64,000 nucleotides of DNA, taken from Cyanophora paradoxa CCMP329. Lineage: Eukaryota > Plantae > Glaucophyta. The translations under genes were made by a program, and so were the position numbers. Positions 1-11,069 of this stretch are shown here, in pieces; position 1 is the stretch's first letter, and each line of letters begins with the position of its first letter. Location of the stretch: positions 1 through 64,000 of the forward strand of contig QPMI01000558.1 of NCBI GenBank assembly GCA_004431415.1, given 5' to 3'. The notes under the pieces are model-generated. The model had not been told where the DNA came from. It ran no database searches and was given only the letters and a program-made list of their open reading frames with translations.

Positions 1-1280
1 CTGTAGGGCTTTCAAATTTGAACTAGGCGTGTGAGGATCGAGGAACCTGCCCGGGGCGCCGGTGCGAGCACGCGGGGGGCGCGTCGGCGTCACCTGAACG
101 TGAGCGCGGCAAAGGGCAGGGGGCGCCGCCGGGAGGGGATGCCGCCCCCGAGGGTCGGGAAGGTCTGCACGAAGAAGGGGAACTGGACCCGGAAGGCGCA
201 GGGGTCCTTGGGCGGGAGGGCCGTGCGCGGCGCGAGCTGCACTGCGGGGCGCGGGCGGGTGAGGGCGGGCGGCAGACCCAGCGCAGGGCGGGGCGGGCTT
301 GCCCCAGGTCATGTTGGCGTGTGGGGAGCCGCCGCTGGCGAACAGCGTCGTCGTGTTGGCGTCCACGAGCGAGAAGTCGGGGGAGAAGGGCGCGTCCGCC
401 GCGTACCTGCGCGCCGCGCCGGCCGCTCGGGGTCGGCGAGGGCGGGGGCGGGGCGGGCGGGGCGCGCACGAGATGTTGAGGAGGCGGGCGGGGGGCGGCT
501 CGACGAGGATGGCCCCGGGGTCATGCAGCTGGAGGGGGATGTAGAGCTCGGCCCGGCACGTGCCGACGGGCACCTCCAGGCCGTCCCCCAGCACCGCCTC
601 CTCCACCGCGTTCGTCCCCGCCCCGTTCAGGTCCTGCCCCGTACGTCGTCGGCCCGCGGCCCCCGCGGCGAGCTCGAGCGGCGCGGGGCCCGCCGCACGG
701 TCTGCAGGGCGTTCTGCTTGACGTAGATGAGAGCGTAGCTCGCGTCCAGGCTCGAAGCCGGCGCATCGGGGGTCGCTATCCACCAGCGCACGCTCGCCAC
801 CCCCGGCCTGCGGCGGCAGGCGTCGGTACTAGTCAAGGCAGGTGGGCTGTGGGCCGGGGCGGCAATGAAAACAGACCGATCGTCGCGTATCTCCACGTGC
901 GGATCGGGCGTGCCGTACTCGCCCTTGACGGAGATAAAGTGGACAGATGCTGCAAAATTGCGCAGCGCCAGATGGCGGTCTGCCTGAACCCAGCCAGGTC
1001 CGATAGAGTTGGCGAAGTCAGTCGGAGATGCCGACGCTCGAAGTGAAAGTGTGACGTTGATGCGTTCTTCGACGTAGATCGCTAGCGCATGCGCGGTCAG
1101 AAGGCGGCAGCGGCGAACAGAAGCTGGGGGGAGCGACGCACAGCCGTCGAGCTGGAGGGTGTAAGTGCTCGAGACGGCAAGCACAGCGTAGCTACTGGCA
1201 AGCACAGTCTTCTGCGCGGCTGCTGGCTGGCCGGCCAGCACAAGCACCAACCCTACGAAGACGAGCGCCGCCCAGTTCAT
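1..1280 (-). CDS. Secreted or surface protein of unknown function, multi-exon, probably running off the left edge
   Basis: ATG at 1280 gives signal peptide MNWAALVFVGLVLVLAGQPAAAQ. Downstream exons (e.g. YAADAPFSPDFSLVDANTTTLF, DPCAFRVQFPFFVQTFP) are joined by short introns. No family recognised. Confidence 0.6.
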
Positions 1281-1413
1281 CGATATATCGCGCGCGGCCT
1301 CGACAGTATATTAATCATGATCATTTAGCCTAGGCCCGGCCGCCTCCCATGGCCATGGCCGTCAGCACCTGCAAGCACGCTCTACCCCCCTCGCACAGAT
1401 TTCAGCAAACGAA

Positions 1414-2728
1414 ATGGAGTGCGCAGCGTTTGCCCTGGGGCTCGTGGCACCTGGCAGGCCGTCCGTTAGGCCAGTTGTGACGGAATCCGCCGCCGCGTGC
1501 CAGTGCAGTGCAGTCCGCGAAGTCCGGCAAGCACCGATCTTCCTCGGGGCGTCGAAGAGCACGTTCCTGGGCTCTGTCTCATTCGAGGGGAGCAATTCCT
1601 CGCCTTTTGTGCGCCTGAACCGTGCCACGTTCGAGAGCGGTCCGATCGTTTGTGAGGAGGGCGAACGCGTTGATTATGGCGAGCGCCGTGAGTACGGCGA
1701 GCGCCGTGAGTATGGCGAGCGCCGTGAATATGGGGACCGCCGGGGAGGGCGCGGCGGCCGCGGGGGCGATCGTGGAGGGCGCGGAGGCGAGCGTCGTGGC
1801 CCGCGTGTCAACACGAACCCGACGCGGGACGTCGTCTTCTACATCTCGTGCGTGACCCAGCACCTCCTCAGCTATGCCCTCCTCAATCGGCTCCGCAGGT
1901 GCCCGGAGTGCTCCACCTCGTACGCGGTCGGTGAGAACGAGATCGGCGGCGACGGCCGGGAGGTGGTGCGTTGCGGCCTTAGCTTTATTGTTCGGTGGCC
2001 ACGAGGAGCGCTCACACACGGCGGGGCGAGCAGAAGTGCGGCAACTGCGAGCACCAATGGATGGCGCTGGCTACGGACGTGGAGAAGTACGGCGGGAAGC
2101 GGAAGACGGGGGAGATCAACATCTTCGTGGGCAACCTCGCCTTCGACACGGCCGAGGAGGAGGTCGAGCGCGTCTTCGCCGAGCACGGCGAGGTCCGCTA
2201 TCTTGCCCCGCACGCTCGCGCTGCCGGCTCGTTGCGGCTCACGCGGCCGCCCGGGCGCAGCTCGCCCGCGTCTCCCTTGCCCTGGACAAGGAGACGGGCC
2301 GCAGCCGCGGCTTCGCCTTCGTCGAGATGGTGCGGCTCGCCCCGCCCGGGGCACCCGACGGCGGCCGCCGACGCTGCGCGCGCAGGTGAAGCGGGAGGAG
2401 GGCCTGGCCGCCATCGAAGCGCTCAACGGCGCCGAGATCGACGGCCGCCGCGCCAGCGTCACCGAGGCCAAGGAGGGCGGCGGCGGCGGCGGTGGCGCCC
2501 CCCGTGGCGGCGCCGGCGGCGGCCGCGGCGGCGCCTTTGGCGGCCGCGGCGGCGGTGGCGGTCGCGGCGGCGGCCGTGGCGGCGGCCGTGGCGGGCGGAC
2601 GGCGGGTACGGCGGCGGCCGGGACGGCGGTACGGCGGCGGCCGTGACGGCGGGTACGGCGGCGGCCGGGACGGCGGGTACGGCGGCGGCCGTGACGCTCG
2701 CGGCGAGCGGCAAGCGTGGCGCGAGTAG
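1414..2728 (+). CDS. Putative plastid-targeted glycine-rich RNA-binding protein: transit peptide + MJ0042-type zinc ribbon + RRM + RGG/GYG tail
   Basis: Spliced product has CPECSTSYAV...GREV|KCGNCEHQW, RNP2 IFVGNL, RNP1 RGFAFVEM, EALNGAEIDGR and a Gly-rich tail ending QAWRE*. One apparent 1-nt indel near 2593. Confidence 0.85.
1672..1743 (+). repeat. 18-nt coding tandem repeat (about 4 copies) encoding (D/E)YG(E/D)RR
   Basis: GATTATGGCGAGCGCCGT GAGTACGGCGAGCGCCGT GAGTATGGCGAGCGCCGT GAATATGGGGACCGCCGG. Confidence 0.9.
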
Positions 2729-3060
2729 TCCGCTGGCCCAGCCCCGCGCAACTCTCTCAGAGTCTAGCTCGTCTGTCGGCACTCTATCTGGACGGTGCCC
2801 CGAATCATGTGTGCATTCATTCTCAAACCAGTGTTCGGCTGGGCGAATGAAGCCGCGGCCAAGGATGCTGCGACCAAGTTTTTCAGATTCTGCTGCTCGC
2901 GCAGCTGTGACCGGGGTACACGATCTTGAGATCGAAAAAGGCCAAGGCGGGGGGAGTCAATTCGGGGGGTCGAGGGGTGACCGCAAAAGAAGCGCCGGGA
3001 GGGGATCCGGACAGCGAAGGGGGTAGCTATAGCGCGCGTAGCTGACGGCCCCCGCGGCGC

Positions 3061-6000
3061 CTACGAGGCGCCGCCCGTCTGGCGGGCCCACATTTTCCTG
3101 CGCGCGGGTTCGGATGGGAATGGAGAGGAGGGGGGGCGGGGGCGGGGGCGGGGGCGGGCCTGTAGACGCCGGCGGGGATGGCGAGGAGGTCGGCGTGGGA
3201 GCCGCTCTCGACGACCTGGCCGTGGTCGAAGACGACGATGCGGTCCGCGTCCGCGATCGTCGAGAGGCGGTGCGCGATGAAGATCTACCCCCGCCCCGCC
3301 CCCTCAGGCGTGCGCGGAGGCAACGGCGAGGGGCGGGGCGGACGGAGGTGCGGCGCTCGGCGGCCTGCTTGAGGGAGGCCATGATCTCCCGCTCCGTCCG
3401 CGAGTCCTGCCCCGGCCCTCGTCAGAGCGAGCCGGCGGGGCGCGGGAGGCAAGCGAGCGAAGCGAACCAGGGCAGAGGTGGCCTCGTCGGCGACGAGGAT
3501 GCGGGGGTCCTTGAGGAGGGCCCGCGCGATCGCCACCCGCTGCTTCTCGCCCCCGGAGAGCTTCAGACCCCGCTCCCCCACCTCCGTCTCGTACTGCGGG
3601 GCGCCGTCAGCGGCTGGGCGGGCGGGGGGCGGCGGGCTGCGGCGCGCACCCCCTCGGGGAACTTGAGGATGGAGTCGTGGATCCTGCGCCCCGGGCGTCG
3701 GCGCGTCAGCTGGATTCGGGCCCCGGGCGGGGTCGGCCGGGCGCGCTTGGCGAGCTTCGCGGCCGCCTCGACCTCCTCGAACGTCGCCTCGGGCCGCCCG
3801 TACGCGATGTTGTACCCTGCCGCGGCAGCCTCAGGGGGTACAAGAGGGGGAAGAGGGGGGCGGGAGGGCACGGATGGTGTCGTTGAAGAGGACGGTGTCC
3901 TGGGGCACGGTGCCGACGGCGGAGCGGAGGGAGGCGAGGCTGACGTCGCGCACGTCGCGGCCGCCGACGCGCACGGCGCCCGATTCGACGTCGAAGATGC
4001 GGTAGAGGAGCTTGAGGACGGTGCTCTTCCCCGAGCCGCTCGGGCCCACGAGGGCGACCCGCGCCCCCGCGGGCACCTCGAAGGAGACGCCCCGCAGCAC
4101 GCGCCGCCCGTTCGGGTAGCTGAAGTGCACGTCCTCGAACGATATGCCCCCGGAGAGGGGCGCGGCCGGCGCGGCCGCCGCCGTCGCCGGGGCCGGGGCT
4201 GGGGCGGCCGCGAGGGCGGGGGAGAGGGGCCGCGGCGGGCGCGCGGTGGCGAGGGACGACGAGGTGGAGGACGAGGAGGAGGGGTACGGGGAGGACGGCG
4301 CGGCCTGCGTGGCGCGTCAGGCGAGAAGGCGCGAGGGCGGGCAGAGCGGAGCGGGGCGGACGGGGCTAGGGGCGGAGGCGGAGGCGGAGGCGGAGGGGGA
4401 GGGGGCCGGGGCGAGGGCGAGGGCGGGGGCGCCGGGCCGGTCGGCGATGGCGGGGCTCCGGTCCAGCAGGTCGAGCATCACCTCCATGTCTGCCGAGGGG
4501 CGGGAGCGAGCTCAGAGGCTGGCGCGCCGAGGCGAGGGGGGGGGGCGGGCCGATGAGGCTCTGGCGGAGCTCGCGGTACTGCCAGCCGAGGTTGTTGAGG
4601 GGCGCTGAGAGCTGCAGCAGCAGCCCGTTCACTGCGCCGCCGCCGTCGTCATGCGAGGGCAGCAGAGCTCGGCTCAGCTTCGGGAGAGGGGCGGGCTGAC
4701 CCATGACGAGGTCGCCGACGGACATGGCGCCGGCGGCGATGCGGGCGGCGGCGAGGAGCATGAGGGTGGTGAGGCCGGCGCAGAAGATGACGGACTGGCC
4801 CAGGTTGAGGTAGCAGAGGGAGGTCTCCGTGAGGATGGCCGCCTCCTCGTGCCGCGCGAGGCAGAGGTCGTACACCGCCGCCTCGAACTCCTCGTTCGCG
4901 AAGACCTTCACGCTCTCCACGTTCACCAGCGCGTCCACCGCCTTCGCCGCCGCCGCGTTGTCCAGTGCCAGCTGCCCCCGCGCCCCCCCGTCGGCACGGC
5001 AAGGCGAGGCGGAGCGGAGCCGGAGGGTGGGTGGCGCACCATGCGCTTCTGGAACTGGGTGCGCCAGTTGGTGACGGCGAAGGAGTAGAAGACGTAGAGC
5101 GCGACCGTCGCGACGGTGACGAGCGCGAAGACCGGCGAGAAGCGCTTCGCCAGGATGTTCGACACCAGCACCAGCTCGAAGAGTGTCGGGAACACTGCTC
5201 GGGCACTCAGCTGGGCCGGCGGGTAGGAGCGGGCGGGGGTACGCGACTGTGGAAGACGAGGGCGCGGACGATGGTGGAGATGGCCTTGGTACCCCGGTGC
5301 ACGGCCAGCGAGAGGAACCCGATCCGCCGGTCCAGGTGGAACTTCCTGCGGGGGCGTCAGGCGCCGGCGCCTCTGGGGCGGGGCGGGGCGGGGCGGGGCG
5401 GGCGGGCGGGGCGGACATGTCGAGCTTGAGGAGGTGCGCGAAGACCTTGCGCGAGGCGCGGCGGACGGCGCGCTGGCAGACCTTGGAGAAGAGCGCGTTG
5501 CGGGCCTCGTTGAAGAGCTTCTCGCCGACCTTGGCCGCCCCGTAGAGCAGCAGCAGCGACGCCGGCGTCGCGATGTGCTCGAACCCCGGCAGCAGCCGCC
5601 CCGCCGCCTCCCGCCCGGCCCCCGTCGTCAGCCCGTCCACCGCCCGCTTGAACAGCAGCGGCACCTGCAGCGCCGCATGAGGGGCGCCCCGCGCGCCGGC
5701 GAAGACGGCGAGGTTGCGGTTGCGCACCTGGACGCTGATGTACTTGCTGATGAACAGGCAGCTCAGCGCGAGCGCCACGCGCCAGCGCAGCTCGGGGTCC
5801 TCCTTGGGCCACAGGTGGGAGACGAGACTCGCGAGGGTGCGCCAGAAGCCCCGCGTCGAGGAGTGCGTCTCGAGCGCGTTCAGGACCGACTTCTGCGCCG
5901 CGCTCGCCGCCGCCGTGCTCTTCGTCGGCTTTGCTGGGGCCTTCGGCGCTTGGCATACTACCTGTCGGGGGCGTCAGCGCACAGTGACGCCCGTCGGGGG

Positions 6001-6265
6001 GTCGGGCGCGACGCGCCGGCGGCGGCACGTGTAGGAATCGACGGCGGGGCGTCGCGCGGAGGGGGCGCAGCGACGTCGGATGCAGCGCCAGTCCAGCTCC
6101 GAATGAGAGCCGACACGGTGCGCTCCGCGGGATCGCCACGCCGGCGCCTCGCGCAACCGCTGACGCTGACGCACAGACCGCCGATTCGCCTAGCACTGCG
6201 GGTGCTAGCTGATGGCCAGATGCTAGCTGCGATGCGGGCGCTAGGCCCGGCGCGAACGCTGCCAT
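3061..6265 (-). CDS. ATM1: ATM1/ABCB7-type half ABC transporter
   Basis: TMD motifs ([53 protein letters not shown]), Walker [11 protein letters not shown]-loop [12 protein letters not shown], signature [13 protein letters not shown], Walker [14 protein letters not shown]-loop IAHRLSTI. Last exon [11 protein letters not shown]. Confidence 0.93.
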
Positions 6266-6503
6266 CGCTGAGCGCCGCGAGCCTATCACCCAGTGAACAG
6301 GCTTCCTGGATTCGAACACTCGCCTTTCACGTCGCCCGGGCCCCGGAGTCGTCCAAAGAGCTTGCAACGCGCACGCCGCATAGCTAGAGCGCTAGCGCTC
6401 ACGTCGGGCAGCTCGGAACGGCCCGTAACAGCTCAGGGCCACCGCACACGCGTCGGCCGGAATCGCAAGAGAACGCGGCTGAACCGAGCGGCGCCTCTGC
6501 GGC

Positions 6504-8515
6504 ATGGTGGGCGATCCGGCCGCTCCCGCCGAGCCGCACATACGCATACGACCGCCATCCGGCTCGCCGGGCTCGCCCGCGCCAGACATGGGACCGGAGC
6601 GCGGCGAGCCGCGCCCCGCTGTCGTCCTCCGTGATGAAAACACGGTCGAGTACGTCGGTGCGCTTGGCTGCTGACCCCGCGCCCCTCGAAAGCTCCCGCG
6701 CTCAAACTAGCTGCCGGCGCCGGCGCGCCCATGCAGAGACGAAGCCGATCTTCCCCGGCTGCTCGGTGGAGCGGCCGCTGTGGGCGTGGCTGCGGCCGCG
6801 CCTGACGTGGGCGGAGGCGAGCGGGAGCGTGGGGGACCTGGGGACCTTCCTGCCGATCACGCTGGCGATGCAGCGGCAGCTGGGCCTCTCCTTCTCGACC
6901 TCGCTGCTCTTCGCGGGGCTCTACAACATCCTCACGGGCCTCCACTTCTCTGTCCCGATGGCCGTCCAGCCGATGAAAGCCATCGCCGCCGTCGCTCTGA
7001 AGGAGAACCTCTCGGTGCCGCAGGTGCGGCGCGCCCGCCGGCCCCGCCAGGGCCCCGCCGAGGCCGGGGCAGGTGATGGCGGCGGGGATCCTGGTGGCGG
7101 CGGCGTTGCTTGTGCTGGGCGCTACGGGCCTCGTCGAGGTCGTGAACCGGGTGACGCCGGCGCCCGTCATCAAGGGCATCCAGCTCGGCCTCGGCCTCTC
7201 CTTCCTCCAGCAGGGCTTCGCCTACGCCACCGCCTCGGGCGCCGCCTGGGGCGGCCCCAACCTAGGTCATCGATTCCCCGCGGCTCGGCCGGCGCCCCTC
7301 CTGAAGCACCGCCCCGCAGACTGCGCGCTGGTCGCCGCGGCGGCGGCCTCGTTCGTCCTCGCCGCGTGGCCCTTCCGGCGCGTGCCGGCCGCGCTGCTCC
7401 TCTTCCTCGCCGGCCTTGCCTGCGCCGCCGCCGGCCTCCTCTCCGACACCGCCGCCCCGCGCCTCTCCTTCGGCCCGGGACCCGTCTCCGCCCTCGTCCC
7501 CAGCGCCGACGACTTCCGCGTTGCCTTCTTCCGCGCCGCAATTCCCCAGGCCCGCTCAGATCTGACCCGACCCGGCCCGGCCTGACGCGAGGCGGGGGCA
7601 GATCCCGCTGACGACGCTGAACTCGGTGGTGGCGGTGGCGGCCCTCGCGAGCGAGCTCTTCCCCAAGCGCCCCACCCGCCCCGCCGCCGTCGCCGTCGCC
7701 GTCGCCCTCATGTACCCCCGCAGCCCCGCGCCCGCCAACCCCCCGCGTGACTCACGCCGGCCAGGAACCTGACGGGGGGCTGGTTCGGGTCGGCCCCCTA
7801 CTGCCACGGGGCCGGGGGCCTGGCGGGGCAGTACCGCTTCGGCGCCCGCTCGAACGTCTCCATCCTCCTCCTCGGCGCCGCCAAGATCCTCTGCTTCCTC
7901 CTCTTCGGCGCCTCCGCCGCCGCCTTCCTTCGGTGCCACCTGCCCTCCCCCCCTCTCCCTGCGGCCCCCGCTCAGGCCCGGCGGGCAGGTACTTCCCGGG
8001 GGCGATCCTGGGGGTGCTCCTGGGCGCGTCGGGCATGGAGCTGGCGTCGAGCGTGCGCGACCAGGCCGCCCCGCGCGCCATCGCCGTCGCCCTCCTCACC
8101 GCCGCCGCCGTCCTCCTGTGCGCCGCGCCCCGCACCGCCGCGCGCCCTCCTGATCACGAATGCATGTACCCCAGGTACCAGACTTCGGTAGGCTTCGCGG
8201 TGGGCCTCTACGCCGCCGCCCTCCTCGAGGCGGCGTTCCGGTACCCCTCCCGCCCCCGCCGGCCCCCCCGCTCCCGGCGCGACGTCGACGTGGACGCGTA
8301 CGGGGGCGCAGCTTCGCTGAGGCCAAGGGCCCCGCCTCCCAGACCTTTGCCTCCCTCTTTCTCGGGCCCCGGTGCGCCCCGCACCCCCGACAGGCTTCCC
8401 GCGCCCTCACGTCTCCCCCAGGGGCCTCCTCGCCCTGCTCTGGCCCCCCCTCGCGAGCTGGCGGGACCCCAGCCCCGCCCGGCCAGACTCCCCGGGCTCG
8501 GAGTACGCGCCGTGA
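6504..8515 (+). CDS. MOT1: Molybdate transporter, MOT1 family
   Basis: EASGSVGDLGTFLP, PMAVQPMKAIAAVA, VIKGIQLGLGL, PQIPLTTLNSVVAV, PYCHGAGGLAGQYRFGARS, FPGAILGVLL. The last exon is uncertain; the unspliced frame runs to 8745. Confidence 0.92.
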
Positions 8516-8549
8516 CTGCGAAGAAAGAGAGAGAGAAAGGTTCAGACGT

Positions 8550-10541
8550 CTACGAGGCGCGCTCGGGGGCGGGGCTGGAGCGGGGCAGCAGGGGCCTCGC
8601 CCCCTCCTCGGCCTCGTCGAGCTCGTCGTCGGCCTCGGCGGCGGGGGGCCCCGGGCGGGGCGGGGCGGGGCGGAGGGGCGGGGGCGCGGGGCTGTCCTCG
8701 AGGCGGTGGGGGAGGGCGAGGGCGAGGAGGCCCGAGGCGGCGTAGACGGCGGCGAGGAGGAGGAAGAGGGCCCCGGGGTGGCCCCGCGCCGCCCCCGCCG
8801 AGAAGAGCGCCCCGCACAGCGCTGCGATCCCAAGGAGTGAGTGATCGGAGAGGAGGGAGGGGCGGGGGCGGGGGCGGGGGGCACGGGGGGCGAGGGCCTT
8901 GGCGGCGGAGGCGAGGGAGGCGGCGGTGCCCTGGGCGAGGCCCTGGGCGGCGGGGTCGGCGGCGAAGGAGAGGAGGGAGCTGAGGGTGGGGAGGCCCAGC
9001 ATGAAGCCGACCCCGACCAGCGTGTTCGCCGCCATCAGCACGCCCCACGCCCCCGCCAGCGCTCCCGTCCTGCCCCCGCACCCCTTACTTACGCCCGCTC
9101 GCCCCCACGGGACGGGCGGGGGGGCGCGCGCACGAGTGGGGCGGGTGGCGGCGGGCGAGGGGCGCGGGGGCGAGGGGGATGAGGAGGCAGCCGGCGACGG
9201 AGATGAGGGTGCCGGCGCGGTACATGCGCGCGAGGCCGCGCCGCCGGAGCAGCGGCCCGAAGAAGACCGCCTGGAAGACGACCCCCACCAGCCCGTTCCA
9301 CGCGTACCTGGCGGGTACAGCGCTTCGAGGGCGCCGGGGCGGGTGGGGGGGGGGGGGGGGGGGGGGGGGGGGCGCGCGGGGGTACGGACGCACGAGAGGC
9401 CAGTCTCGAGGGGCCCGAAGCCGAGGCCGCCGGCGGGGGCGGGGAGGGTGGGGAGGAGGACGAGGGCGAGGAGCATGCCGCCGTTGGCGAAGGACTGCAG
9501 CGTGTGCACCAGCAGCAGCCGCATCAGCACCGGCGAGCGCCCGATGCGCCGCAGCCCCGCCCCCAGGCCAGAGGCCTCCCGCGAACCCTGCGCCGGCCCG
9601 AGGCGGCGGGGGGGCGGCTCGGGGAGGGCGCAAAGGGCGGCCGCGAGGAGGACGAGGAGGGGCAGGGCGGCGATGAGGCAGGGGAGGGCGTAGGGCCGGG
9701 CGGCGAGGGCGTGCGGGGTGGGGAGGAGGGTGAGGGCCCCGGCGAGGGCCGACGAGAGGGTGCGGCTCAAGGCGAAGACGGCGCCGAAGAGGGTGAGGAG
9801 GCGGGCGCGGGCGGGCCCCTCGGTGAGGTCGGCGAGGAGGGCCTTGGCGACGGCGGTGTTCGAGTCGGCGAGGCCGAGGCCCAGGCGGTTGAAGAGCGCC
9901 TCCCAGTAGCTGCTCGCCAGCCCCAGGTGCCCCGTCGCCAGCAGCGCCGCCGCCAGCCCCGCCAGCAGCGCCGGCCGCCGGCCCCGCCGGTCGCTCAGGT
10001 GCCCTGCGCACCCCCGCGCCCCGCGCCCGCTGAGCGCGGGGCGCCGCGCGTCCGCGCGCGCACGCGGCGGGGCAAGGCAGCGTGCCTATGATGAAGCCCG
10101 AGACCAGGTTCGCTGCGCGGCGCAGATCAGACTGGGAGAGCTCGCGGAGCTCGAGCTGAGGAAGTAACCTGCGTTGAAGGCGCCGAGCAGGACGCCGACG
10201 GCGAGCCCGACACGGTCCTCGCGCACCCCGAGCGACTTGCAAAGCTCCGGCAGGAACGGCCGCGGGAAGTTCACCTGCCGGCGCCGGGGGCGCCGGCCGT
10301 TAGCTGTAGCGCCGCAGTGGCGACATCATCGCGCGCAGGGGCGCTCCTGCCACGTACCGATATCGAGTCGAAGCCCACGATCAGGAATATTAACCAAGCT
10401 GCGTCCGCATATGCATGCGCAAATCATCAGCGCTCGGCCGCGGGAGATGCGGCTCGTGGCGACGTCGACGGTCACTAAACACGGACCCGTCTTCCACGGA
10501 ATCGCGCCCTCGCGAACGATCAGACTGCCAGAGCGCTTCAT
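8550..10541 (-). CDS. MFS transporter, ZIFL/TetA-like (DHA1)
   Basis: Spliced start MKRSGSLIVREGAIPWKT|AWLIFLIVGFDSIS|VNFPRPFLPEL. MFS motif A GHLSDRRGRRPALL, also SNTAVAKALLADLT and PYALPCL, with many hydrophobic segments. Confidence 0.85.
9345..9372. repeat. Poly-G homopolymer (about 28 nt) in an MFS intron (poly-C on the sense strand)
   Basis: Directly visible run. Confidence 0.9.
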
Positions 10542-11069
10542 CGCCTCACCGCTCCGCGCGTCGCTCGGCAGTTGGCTACCGCTTCACCTCCGCCGCCCGC
10601 GTCCGCCCACCCACATTTCAGAGAAGCCCGAAGGCCCGGAAGTCCAGGTCCGGAGCCCGGAGGCGCGCTGCAGGCCCTGGCAGGCCGCACGCGGGGGGTA
10701 TAGTCCGACTGACGTGACAAGCGAGTCCGCCCCGCGCGCACCCAAGATCAGCTCTGTAACACGATCGGTCTCTCTAGATCAGTTCAAAGCTGTGTGTGAG
10801 CCTCCGCGCTCAAGGCCGAACGTCAACGCGTTGCGGGCGGGCGGAGAGCGTTGGCGACGCGACAGCGGCGTCGCAGCAAGTTTGCGCACGCGTTTAGTAT
10901 AAGGCGCCTTTCAGCGAGTTTATTACTTCGCGGGCCCGCGGCGCGCTCAAGCGCAGCGCTTAAGCGGCAGCCAAGCAGCGACTGGCCCTTGCGGCAGCCA
11001 GAAGCACCAGATATCGAAGGCTTTTAACACTGGCACAAGCTCTGGCACAAGCTCAAGCGTCGTGTCGCG

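Noticed and set aside
2585-2605. Frameshift in the Gly-rich tail of the RRM gene
   Set aside because: A single-base indel in a G/C repeat is most simply a sequencing error; no slippery site or other decay.
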